Positions 32,904-45,041 of a stretch of DNA of 64,000 nt are shown here, piece by piece. This DNA comes from Paraspadella gotoi (lineage: Eukaryota > Animalia > Chaetognatha). The position numbers and the translations under genes were made by a program. Every line of letters starts with the position of its first letter. Position 1 is the stretch's first letter. The notes beneath the pieces were generated by a model. It saw nothing but the letters and a program-made list of their open reading frames with translations. It was not told the origin of the DNA and did no database searches. The stretch lies in assembly GCA_051294375.1 (NCBI GenBank), contig CM119263.1, positions 20,488,115 to 20,552,114 of the forward strand, written 5' to 3'.

Positions 32904-33526
32904 TAAGGCGTAGTGAAAGTTATATACGAAAATTCTAAAAGTCAATTTTGAACAACATACCATCTGTGAACATTAATTTGTAAAAAAAAATAATTTTATG
33001 TTTTTTAATTTTCGCAGTAGGCTATATTTATATATAGTACAATCCTTATAAAATAGAAAAAATTCAAAATAAGCTTTTCTTAATTTTGAATGCAGATTTA
33101 AATTTCTTGTCAAAAGTTGATAGAAGAAAATATAAATCGTTTTTAAAAATTATTTCATTAAGTGGGTTAAAAAAACAATTAAAACAATTAAAACAATTAA
33201 AAAAACTATATTTAATATATAAAAAGTTAATTTTCAGCTTAAAATATAGCTTTATCTAATTTTTAACCCACTTAATGAATGAATTTTTCAAAAAGAGTTA
33301 TCAACTTTTTATAACGAATCCAAATCTGCAAAAAAATCTTTAAAAAAACTGTTTTAAAATTTTAACATTTATTGGTTTAGTAATAGTATAAATATGGCCT
33401 ACTGCGTAAATTGTAAAATTTATTATAAATTTTTTTATTACATAAATGTTCATTAGTATAATGTTGTTCATTCCTCACTTTTATAATTTTAATTAAAGTT
33501 AAATTTAGGAATTTTACTACGCCTTA
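32904..33526. mobile_element. hAT-type MITE (family B), full length
   Basis: TIR taaggcgtagt/actacgcctta; perfect 8-bp TSD atgcagat. Confidence 0.92.
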
Positions 33527-33784
33527 ATGCAGATAAAGAAAATAATAAATCGGTAAACATCGACTATATATCTTAATGAAAAGTTTCCTCATTTCGTTGC
33601 ACTCCTCCTCCTCCTCCTCCTCCCGTCTGATATGCGAGGTCACGTTTCCACTTTCGTCATTGATCCTCGACGACCCTCGACTTTCCACAATGTTTCCAGC
33701 TTTCGAGGAGTTTTCGAGGAGCCCGATAGGAGCAGGAGCGACACTTGTTGGTTTCGTCGGTCTGCCCGTCGCGTTGGTTAAAAC

Positions 33785-34934
33785 TAGTGTTCCGATAACC
33801 GTTAACAGTTAACGGTTATTAACGGTTAAAAATAATTTTAACTTAACCGTTAATATATTTATTTTAACGGTTAAATTCGGTTAATATTCAAATGTGATTT
33901 TTTTCATTTTTTGGTATGAAATCTTTAAATTTAAAAAAAATATATTTTTTTCCTATCCTCTCTTATTCTCCTTTCCCCTTCTCACCATATTTTTACCCCT
34001 CTCTCTCTTCTCCACTTTTTCCCTGCTTTTTTCCTTTGTTATTTCTTCTTTTTTTTCTATCCTAATCTCTCTCTTATTCTTTCTTCCCCTTTATTTATCT
34101 CCTCCGTTTCTCTTTTTCTTTCTCACTTCCCCTTTTTCTTTCCCCCTTTCTTTTCTCTCCTTTTTCTCCCTTTTATTTTACCTTTTTCTTCTTTTTCGCC
34201 CTTCCATGCAATAATATATATTCAATTTCCCTCTTTAAAATGAACAAAGAAGCAAATGAAATAAAACCGAATGAATTTAAAAAAATTAATAAAAAACCAA
34301 ATAAAAAAAATCATTATAAAAAATTTTAAAATTGATATTAGAGAGACGAATCTTAAAAAAGACATTAAGGCTCACTAAAACTATTCTTCGATAAGGATGA
34401 TATACTTTTTAATAAAAGAAAATATTATTTATCAATCAATAAATCTTTTGATCAATCGATAAATCAACCAGTCTATCAATAAATTAAAATTCATATTTAT
34501 ATTAATGGTCAATGTCATGGTTTATGAAAGACTAGCAACAGAAAACAAGCGTTCAAGAAAACTAACAACTACAAAAATAATGAGGAAGAGAAGTAGAGAA
34601 AGAAAAATAGAAAGCAAAAGAGAGAAGAGAAAACAAAATTATACTAGAAATTAGAATTCGATGGTACCTTTCGTTTTGTTGTATTATGAGATTAACAAAA
34701 ATATTTGTTTTTTACCACAATAATTTATATGACATAAAAAACAGAAATGTTTCGACTCGGTTTTGAGTCTTCTTCAGCGCATTCAGGAGCCAGAGTTAAA
34801 GAGAAAATACCATTAAATACTTTAGTTTGTTTTAAATTATATAATTTTAACTGATCTTAACGGTTAACCGTTAAAAATGTTAGTTTTAACGGTTAGCGAA
34901 TTTTCTTAAAAAATTAACGGTTATCGGAACTCTA
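33785..34934. mobile_element. hAT-type non-autonomous element with taaccg/cggtta sub-terminal repeats
   Basis: TIR tag(t/a)gttccgataaccgttaa; perfect 8-bp TSD gttaaaac. Confidence 0.88.
34741..34780 (-). ncRNA. Penelope-type minimal hammerhead ribozyme, probably degenerate
   Basis: Minus strand gcg-CUGAAGA-a-GACUC-aaaacc-GAGUC-GAAA-cauu-UC-ugu; the stem III C-G pair is lost. Confidence 0.55.
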
Positions 34935-35642
34935 GTTAAAACCGACAGATATCATTTTTAATGAGGGTTGCTCACTGCTCAGTGCTCGTTAGCTGCAGCC
35001 GTTCAAGAATAGGTAAAATGAAATCGACATTGGTAACACATGTCCCCACGTTGCCATAAGTGGTGAGCCCTACTATCAAACACGCAACTGCTGCGTACTG
35101 TCGCTCACGTCGTCGCTCAAGGGTATGCATCCTACGCCTTTGCCCTACTTCTCGCTCGCTCGCTCTCTAACTATGGCAATGAGTCTGTCTACTTTCAAGA
35201 CATTCACTCTGGGCTTGAGAACTCCAGTGAGCTGTCTGTGTGATAATTCCTAAATTCGCCTCCCGTATAGCTTGGTGTAAATCAGCTCGTCCCATTGGCT
35301 TGGACGCCAGCTGTCAGGAGATGCCTCACACCCCAGGCATCACACATGTCTCCCCGTTGCTATAATTTTATTTGTTTTACTCAAACGCGATTTAATTATT
35401 CATTTTATTTAAATGTATGAACTATTAATTAACAATAACATGCATTAAGAATGAAGACAATAATAGTAAAAATGTAAAAAAAATATTTTGAAAAAGAAAC
35501 TTAACAATCGAGTGATGGTACCAAGAACACAAAATTGGCTTAAATGACTTAATGACCATATTCGCAACTTCAGGCCCAAGCTAATCTAAATGAACTAAGC
35601 TCGACACATTATTAATAATGACTTTAATAACTCCTTATCCCT

Positions 35643-37958
35643 TCACCCCAACCGTCCGTCCACCAATCTCCTCAGCACCTCCTCCACCATCCCCGCATAA
35701 ACCATCACTTGCTCCTCGGACAAAACATGACTTCCCCAGTTGATCGACCAGGTGAGTTTGGCTCCGACCGAGTGAACGCCATTGACAAGGCATCCGTTGT
35801 TGCGTGTCATCGGCACCGCGCCCCTCACGTCGGCGATCTCGAAGGCACGGCCGTCGACCGCTTTCAGTGCCGGTCCCGTGTTGAGCAAGGCGTAGTCGAC
35901 TTCGAGCATCTCGCGCCGGAACTTCTCCGGGGCCACGTCGGCCGATTTCTCGCGCCATTTTTTCGGCGCCGAACGGAAGAGGAAATGGGAAATGGGCAAG
36001 AAGTCGGCGAGGGGTTTTCGAGATCTCGTGACTCGAAGTTCGTCGCCGATCGATTTGGCCGTCGACCAAAAGGTGCGCTCCAACTCTTCCGCGTTGGAGG
36101 TCAGATATCGAACGGCTCTTCTTCCACTGGCGTACATCCCGAAGGCGTTGGATAGCGGCGCGGATTGGCCGAGATCGCGGGTGCTCTCCGTGTAGAATCT
36201 GGAGAAAAAAAGACGTGCGTGAAGACGATGATGATATTTGATGATTTAACATGAGGGTTGAAGGCCATTTAATTTGTTTTAATGATTTTCTGTGCATTAT
36301 TTACATTTAGCAATAGTCATCTCAAAATTAACTAACGAATTACCCAACCTTTTCAGTTCTCGCGTTTCAGGAAGATCGCTATCCTCGGATTTCAGCTCGA
36401 AAAGGGTTTGAACGCAAGCCAGATCGATCACTGCCATTATGGTTCAGTGCAGCTTGCAATCGTGTTCCCTGCAACGCCGGATCAGCTCGTCCAAATTCTT
36501 CGGCTCGAGCGACATTACTTTTGTTTTAGCTAAAAGAGGAAAATCGAGAGGGCGCGTCGATGAATCGAACGAAGCAAGCGGGCGACGGTGGCGGATTTGG
36601 CGCCCCAGCCGCCGCAGCCGCCGCTGCCGCCGTCAGAGCCTTCTTCACTTCCGCCGAGGGTTGAAGCAAATCGCCCAAAACGTCGGCGTAGGAAGGCGGC
36701 AGTTGACGGCTCAGAATCGGAGGTGGGGTTTCGCCGTGAGAGCAGAGGGTAAGTTCGTCCATCAGTTGATCCCCGAACATTTTTATTGAGAGTCCGTCGG
36801 AAATGGCGTGGTGAAACGTCGAGACCAAGGTCTACATTATGTGGAAAAAAATAGTACATGAACTTAAATGCCATTTTCAAATTAAATCATTTTTTTTTTC
36901 GTACTTACGTGTTGGTAAGTCCCTGCTTCATCGACAAAGCTATTTAGTTTCTTAATCCTCCAAGCCGGACCCACGGAAGAGTTAAAGGTATTCATGACTT
37001 CTACCTGCACGATTGTCCTCCAATCATTCGAGTCCAGAATCTCCAACTCTGGGTCAAAGTGGTCGATCTCTTTGAAAATCCAGTCTCCCACATTGTCTTC
37101 CGAAGCTGTAACATTTCTGTATATTATGTTTCAAAAAGATAAAATATCAAAGTAAATTTGGTGAAATCTCAACCTCATTCAACTTTTATGTTTCACCTAT
37201 AGAAAAAAAAATTGCCTCCTATGGCGGCAGATTCACACCTCAGATCCTCCATCATTCAGCCAATCTAATTGACTCAGAGAGGCAACGCACCAATTAGGGT
37301 TTTTCACCAAAATTTGAAAAGTGTTGGGATCTTTATTTACATCTTAGAATATATGTTGGGAGGTAAAAAAATAGGATTATACTACTTTTTGTCAAAATTG
37401 GTGAAACACCCTTAGTGCTACCCTCGCCTAAAGGATAAAAAAACACCATCCCAATCATTACGTTCCATCCAGTCCTAACGACTTCCCTCTGTGTTGGCAA
37501 AGTTTACCCGTCCTAGGTAGCCCCTGAAGTCAACAGTGAGGTGCCCCATCCCAATGGGTATCACAGGCAACCCGGTTATTGCCATACTCCAATATAATAA
37601 TTTTATTAATTAAAAACAAAACATTACTTACTCATCGCTTGAGAAGCGGCGATTCTCACCAATGCCAACCTCAATGTAGAAATATCTAAATCAATCGTTG
37701 ATTTGATGACGATACAGCTTGTAAGATTACAAGCATAGACCAAGTTGCGGAGCTCGCAATAAGCCTGAGATAAAATTAGAGATAAAACAAGATAAAATGA
37801 CATGCTGCAATAAAGGTTTAAAAAATCATGAGTAGAACAATAGAATAATTGTAAAATGCGTAGTATTATAAAGAATACAATACCTCTAAGGCTTCTAAAG
37901 GACGACCGTTCGATTTTCTTCCGCTTTTTAATTCTCTTGATTTCTGAATTTCATCCAT
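35643..37958 (-). pseudogene. CoA-dependent acyltransferase of the condensation-domain/alcohol-acetyltransferase (PapA5-like) superfamily, ~480 aa if repaired; exons 37884-37958, 37632-37764, 36909-37105, 36349-36831, 35643-36198; +1 frameshift near 36540 and in-frame TGA at 36444-36446
   Basis: N-terminal RPLEALE, FNSSVGPAWRI, catalytic FHHAISDG, LPPSY, CREHDCKLH*, LNTG and HSVGAKLTWSINW motifs; splice phases fit except exon 4, which is 1 nt too long. The lesions could be assembly errors. Confidence 0.7.
37297..37411. mobile_element. Tourist/PIF-Harbinger-type MITE
   Basis: TIR gggt(t/g)tttcaccaa..tttga; 3-bp TSD tta. Confidence 0.6.
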
Positions 37959-38150
37959 GCTTTGTGAACATTTACAAAATAGAATTGGAAATATAAGAAA
38001 AAGATTAAGATTAAGATTAAACAGATTAAGTTGTTTCAAAAGAACACTTTTTGGATAAACTGGTTGAACTTGTTGCTACGAAAGTGCCGAGAACTTGTTT
38101 TTTTTCTTTTTGGATTTCGAAACCTTTTTTACATTTAACATTCTTTCTTC

Positions 38151-38184
<34 letters not shown>

Positions 38185-41100
38185 CTCTCTCTCTCTCTCT
38201 GTGTGTGTTTTGAGGCTAACTGAATGAGTCAATAATTCTGATGAGGAAAAGAATGAATAAGACAGACTAATTCCCCACAATAATTTTAAATATGGTGTAC
38301 CCTACCATGTTTTGCAAGATTCTCTAAGCAACGCATGTAATGCTTTGAACCTTCTGAGGCGTTGAAATACTAATAGGCCATCAATGTAATTTTAGTTTGC
38401 ATAATAAGAGTCAATTATAGAATTGGTATATTCTAAATATATACCAATTACCAGCTCATGCAGCCTCGTGCTGCTTAACTGCAGCCCGAAAATTCGTCAG
38501 CCTGAGGAGCTACACCGTTGTAAGACACAGCGTTATCTTCCTTTAATGGAATTCAACAATAAACGGCGGACGAGACGAACCACGAAAGAACGGATGAGCA
38601 TTCACCGACGCCGCCGCTGCCCCCGCCGCTTCTGCGGCCGCGGCCAATCAATCAATCGCAGCTCCAAATGTCCATTCGATTTCTGCGGCAAAAATCTCCT
38701 TTGTCTCTGGCGCGACACGCCAAGAATGTACCGGTTACATACGGGAGCATCGCTGATAGTTAATGCGTGAACATCCGGGTGGAAAACTCGCGAGAAACGA
38801 TGGCATATTCGGACATCCTTTGTTATAAAATTACATCCGGGTTCGTCACAAGTTGGTCGTTCATTATCGAATTACATCCGGATGTTAGACCCAATTCGCC
38901 ATCCTCGACTGCAGTTTCATCTCGGGGTAAAGACGCGGGTTGACCCCAAAGAAGCCGAGGAAAAAGACGACGAATTTAGCGACGACGAAAGGGACGACGA
39001 CGACGAAAACGACGACGATGGGGACGACGTCAAAGGTTGCGAGTCAGGAAATCAAAACTTCCGTGAAAAATTAATCGAGGAAAATCGTTGAGTCGATTTG
39101 TTGAGTCAATGGAGCGGCATCCATCTTGGATGTTTCGTGACGTTTTTAGGTTTAAGTTTAGAGAAATTAATTTTTTTAAAATTTGTTACAAACAATATTA
39201 AAAATCGTTGTTTGTAACAAATTAAACTTTGTTCGTAACAAAAAGAAATTAAAAAGTAAAAGTTACAAGTTTCAAGTTTGTACATTTAAAAATTAACAGA
39301 TGTTGAAAGATATTTGGTTACCTCGCGTCGGCTCAGTCGCGCGACCCCGCAAGCATAGATAATACAAATGATTTTCTACAGATGTAAAAATTCGTATTAC
39401 GATAAGGACGCAGTCGTGCTTTAGCGTTACGAGTCTAAAGTCTAAACATTACAACTGTTTTTTGGATATAAGGACAGCTCAAAGTTACGAATATTGTAAT
39501 TAAAGAAAACCATTTCCCAATCCCCAGATATATTACGAGCGATTCAATATGTCTTTTACACGAACTTTCACTTCATAACGAGTTATTTGTACCTCGAAGT
39601 ATGACTTAACTTCCAAAGAAAACAAAAAAGTGGAAATTTTAAAGTAAATAAAAGAGAAGACAAATGGTTTCGTAGATTCCATTTTAACCCTATAATTTTC
39701 TTCATTCATTATTCCCCTGCAACTCAATGTTCTGAAATTGTTACTTCCTTGAATCCTTGGGTAATAGGGTGGAGTGATGAAAAGATTAAGCGATTTTTTA
39801 AGCATAACAGAATAGTAAATTCAATTATTTCTGTAGTAATATCATTATAAAATCATTAATTTTTTTAATTTTTTATTTTTATTTTAAAGAACAGATTTGG
39901 ATTCGCCATAAAAAACGAAGAAAATTTTATAAAATATGTTATATGATATTTTAATATTTAGATTGTAAAAAATGAATAAAATGTTTTAACATATATAAGT
40001 TTTTACTACAGAGAATATAAATGTCTAGAATTTTCATTTTTTTTACCATTATAAATGCTGAAGACGATAGAATTTTTGATAATATGTTTTATATTTTCGA
40101 TTTAACTTTTTATAAAAAATCTGAATCTTTATTAAAAGTTTTAAAAAAATTATTTTTAAAATTTACTATTTTTTAAGAATATTACTATAAATATATTGTT
40201 TTTTACTATTCTGTTCCCGAGACTTTATGTACAAAATGTTTTTTGTACTAGTTAATCATACTATCTTACATCTAAATATCCTTGTTTGATCACTCAAATA
40301 ATTTCTTTTGTTCTTGAGTGCTCCACTCTATTGGGTAAACTACCAGACGGTTTTATAGTTTCCAACCTATTTATCGGTCCCTTTTTTACCCAAGTACAAA
40401 AGTGCTTTTAAGTCATAAGTCGGTCGGTGGTCTTCTTTCGTCGTCCGCTTTTTTAAAGGATAAGAAAATTAAAAAAAAGTAAGGCTTAGAAAAAATACAG
40501 TGAGACGCTTTTTTAAGAATCTTTTTATTCTACACAATAGAGTAAGGACCACAATCATAGATATAAGGGTTAAAAAGGCCTACGATAAGAGAGGTAAAAA
40601 TGTTTAGAGAGAAGATCCAACGTTCAGAAAGGTGAGGCAATAAAAAACTTCCTTTCGTCAAAACTGTTATTATCGCACGTGGGATTGGCTGAGGACGATG
40701 CTGTTACGAACCTGTTTTCTTTTTTATTTTCGTTGAACCCCGGTATTCCCATTTCGTTGTCTGCTGTTTTCGTGCCTTTTTAAAATTAAAAAGTAATGTC
40801 TAATGAGAAACAATTTTAAAATATGAAAACTGTCGACCAATTTAAAATATAGACTTACCTTTGACCACGGAATCATTAAGCTAATTTCTATAGACATTAA
40901 TTGCACTACCGTGTCGACAGGCCAAAAAACTAACAGCCAATCTCTGAAATTTAAAAAAAATATATATTTTTGGAAACTGAGAAACGAAAAAACCTCTTGA
41001 ATTAAAAAAAAAGAATGAGGAAAAAAAGAAAATATATTGGCACAATCCTTTTGGGTGAGAAATGCTTAAGAGCGTACTCAATTTATTGTACAAATTTAGA

Positions 41101-41326
41101 AAAAAATGTGATTATAATTATTATTAATATTATATATAATATTATTATTATTATTATTAAAATTATAATTATTAATATTATTATTATTATTATTAATATT
41201 ATTATTATTATTATTATTATTATCATTATTAATAATATTATTATTAGTATAATTATATGATAATACAAGCTAAATAAAAATGTCTTTACAGAATCTTTTA
41301 TTTTTTAAGGTTTCTTTCTTTTTGTG

Positions 41327-42081
41327 ATGGTTCGCCAGTTTAATCATGAAGATTACGCATGCATAACTCAGTCTTCAACGAATAAAATTAAGTGTATCAC
41401 ATCACAAAGTGAGTACTTCACAAAATTTCTTCTTTGTTCGGTTGAGTTTTGTTTTATCACGATTCTTTATTTATTTTGGGGGGGAACAGAAAAGGCAATC
41501 GAGTCACTTTTCTGGACGACAACAACAACTACAACAACGTCAAAAGCAAAACCCGTTACCTTCAACGCATTGGAGTTCAGCGACGATCCAACGATATGTC
41601 GAATTAGTGAAGATCTTGGTACGACGACAAAGTATCGTCTTTATTCTAGCAATGTAGACCGGCATAATCGCATTTTGTGATTTTGTGATTCGTTGTTATG
41701 TGAATTATTTATTTTGGATTTAGGGCCGATATGGAAGCGTTCTGGTTTCAATGACTTAGAATCGTGGAAGTTGCACATTAAATATAAATTTCAGAATACA
41801 AGTTTCACGGAATTACTCCGGTACCGAAAAGAATATTCGTGATATAAATATACAATTTAACTATTATTAAACCTCATTTGGACCAGACTACATCCAACTG
41901 ACGGAGGAGCTTGGAAACCAAAAGATTGCAATGCGACTGCAACTGTCGCTATAATAATTCCATTTCGGTGAGATTGGTTTTAGAGAGTGAGAATCGCTGA
42001 GGGCAAAACTTGTGCTTTGTCAAAGACTGAGAAGAAAAGAATAGAGAGGTTTAGATGGGTGTAGTTATGACAGAAAGAAAA

Positions 42082-42135
<54 letters not shown>

Positions 42136-42407
42136 AATATTATAATAATAATAATAATAATAATGTGGAAGACCACGACATTTATTATGTATGAGGTAAA
42201 ACATTGAAGAGACATAATATAGTGAATATGTTGAAACATAGGCAATAACATGTGTACAGTTCGAAGGTTGAAACGGTTGTCTCTTGTGGCTACGGCCACG
42301 ACGGAAGAAACCCGTTGAAGCCCGGGACGACGAGACCAATGACCGGAGTTCTGAGGTCATGTGGTCGTTGAGGGAAAAGAGAGAGAGAATCTAGGTAACT
42401 CGGCCTC

Positions 42408-42454
<47 letters not shown>

Positions 42455-44103
42455 TAATTTTGATAATAATCTAAACCTACCTCCACTGCCCCGTCGACAC
42501 TCCAGAAATCGATCTGATCACCTCCGACTTCTACTCAAAATTCTACATCCCCTTTTGCAACGACAACAAATTGACTACGAGATCTTCGTCATCGAACAAG
42601 GAGACAATTCGACAGTCTTCAACAAAGGTAAAGAGTAATAGAGAACAACGAGTTGTTATTTTGGAATTTTGGCATTGATAATTTAATACAATTTGAATTT
42701 AGCAGCTTGATGAACATGAACATTTGATATGCATTCCACGTAACCTCTATTATAGTATGGTCTTTTGCTAGACTCTCTTGTATAATCGAGGAATTAAGGT
42801 CATCTCATCTGGTCGACTGTGGTGTTCGCGCCAGATCGACTCAGAATTTATGCTTACCGTTGCTGCTTTTTGATTCTTAAATCTTCAATGTACTAAAGAA
42901 TTATTTTTTTTTGTCGCTTGCCCGTCCGATATTGAAAATCATAGGTACTGATAAACGTTGTGCAGCTGGATCCCCAGCTGCAGCCACCTATCTAATCTTT
43001 TATTTATTTTTTCATTTTAGGCAAACTGATGAACGTTGGATTCCTGACCGCGGTCTCCACGCGTCCGGACATCGAATGTTTCTTCTTTCACGACGTGGAT
43101 CTTATTCCTGAGGACGAAAGGACGATGTATCGCTGCAACGAAACGGGTCCCAAACACTATGGGGCGATGGTGGACACGCTTGGATACAAGTCAGTAATGA
43201 TGTGGACTATCAAGCCGGAGCCGATGTGTTATAAAAGATGTGACTGAAGCGAAACAAAAGCATGACAACGTGAACAACGTAAACAGCTCACTGGCAACTT
43301 TATTCGGTGAACAAAACACCGTATTTTTAGTTGTAACATGATGGCTCACTGAGGAAAGGGTAATTGACCTGACCTAATTGTTCCAGTAATCTCGTGGGCC
43401 AAAAATGTTAACATCTGCACGTTAATGTAACAACTTAAACAGGCATTGCGATTTGTACGATAGCAAAACAAGCCATTATCATGCGCAATTGCTCATGCGT
43501 TTGAAAGAATAGAAACTTACAGAACTTTTGTTAAAAATAATATCAGGCCAATGTACTACACCATGGTTGGAGGAATAGTGGCCCTCACAAAGGAACAGTT
43601 CGTCGCTATCAACGGCTACTCTAACATCTACTGGGGCTGGGGAGGTGAAGATGACGATTTCGGTCTCAGAATCGAGGCTGCAGGTTAAAGATATTCCAAA
43701 AATCTTTAATAAATCCGGTCGCTTTAATTAATGTATTATTAAAAAAGGATTTCCTATCATAAGCGAAAACACGACGAATACCATCTATCATTTCACGATG
43801 TTGAACCACGAAACCCTCAGTACAAACCCGAACCCAAAAAGGTGAGTAATATTGAAGAGAATTGATTTGTTTAATTTACGTTAATTATATTTTAGTAGAG
43901 TTCAACCAAGTATATGCATACAAAATTGACCAAAATGTTTTGTGATTCCTTCTCATAACAGATGGGCCCTGATGGCCAAAGCGAAGCAACAGTTTCGGCA
44001 GGATGGGCTCGAATCTGTCCTGGAGAAAGGATTTTCCGTGGAAAGCCTCGTCAAAGAGGAGGATTCCACTCACGTTGTCGTCGATGTCAAAAAAGAGGCA
44101 TAA
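41327..44103 (+). CDS. B4GALT: GT7 beta-1,4-galactosyl/N-acetylgalactosaminyltransferase (bre-4-like), ~377 aa; exons 41327-41618, 41724-41820, 41887-41967, 42506-42627, 43021-43189, 43547-43683, 43748-43841, 43962-44103
   Basis: Type II TM segment, GGAWKPKDC, VAIIIPFRNR, LQRQQ..IFVIEQ, FNKGKLMNVGF, FHDVDLIPED, NGYSNIYWGWGGEDDD; all phases consistent (1134 nt). Confidence 0.95.
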
Positions 44104-44990
44104 AAAGTAGCGAACAACTGCCAAACTCTATTGAGTTTTTATTATTATTATTATTTCGATTGAGTTTTTATTATTAAAAGAAAACGAGAAACGGCAAGTT
44201 GAAAGAGTTGCGCATTTCTTAATCATCTCGTAATTATTTATTTTAATGCATAAAGATAAATAAGAAGCATATTAGATATTATATATTATTAAGACTTAAG
44301 TATAGTAAAGCTTTAACTATTATTAAGATTATTTTTACTATTATTAAGATTATTAAGATTATTAAGATTTTTTAAAAGCAATAATATTAACTAAAATAAC
44401 TTATAAAATGAGCTACAAGTATGAATAGCTAACACTTTACTCCCAAATATTAACTAAAATAATTATAGTATTACCAAAATTATTAAAATCTAAAGTTTAA
44501 GTTAAACAGACTGACCCAAAAGTGTCTAATTGTTAGCCCTGAGAGTACTAAGGGCGCAACAAAAAAACTGCCAAGCGATCAACTAACGAAAAATAATCAG
44601 CAAAACAGTAACAAAACAGTAAAGCCCATCGTGAATATATCCATGTTTTTTACTACTTTTCCGCTGATTGAATTAAATTTTGTAGAGTGAAGATGTTCCT
44701 ATCTTTATCCAAGTTACCTTCCCATTTTCTTCTTTTTTTTTCTTCCGGGAGCATGAGTCACGAGACCGTCACAAACCGGTCGTCGTCTTCTCTGTCTTTT
44801 TTGGTTGTCGTCCTGGTTTTCATCGTTGTTGTATTTCATCCTTTTCGTCATAAGTTAAACGAATCCGAAATATTCGACCGTGACGTCATAAGTTCGATCA
44901 CGTGACTCGACGGTGACTCCACCGCGGGAGAACCAATCAAGATCGAGGAAATGAGTTTGACCCCAACTTAGGTCTCCCGGTCGAGGGGCC

Positions 44991-45041
<51 letters not shown>

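Noticed and set aside
32904-33526. TTAA-flanked piggyBac/Kolobok interpretation of family B
   Set aside because: Two copies have different perfect 8-bp TSDs, so the apparent TTAA arises from the TAAGG terminus; hAT fits better
31630-35365. Two GC-richer islands (31630-31990, 34960-35365) with weak inverted similarity and a 24-bp direct repeat (35036/35342)
   Set aside because: Similarity too short to define an element or LTR; no termini or TSD could be established
35635-36297. 220-aa ORF on the minus strand
   Set aside because: Shadow frame; the family motifs are in the 35643-36137 frame
36444-36446. In-frame TGA as selenocysteine or programmed readthrough
   Set aside because: No SECIS-like AUGA..AA..GA stem seen downstream of 35643, the position is not catalytic, and a frameshift lies ~95 nt away; pseudogenisation or error is simpler
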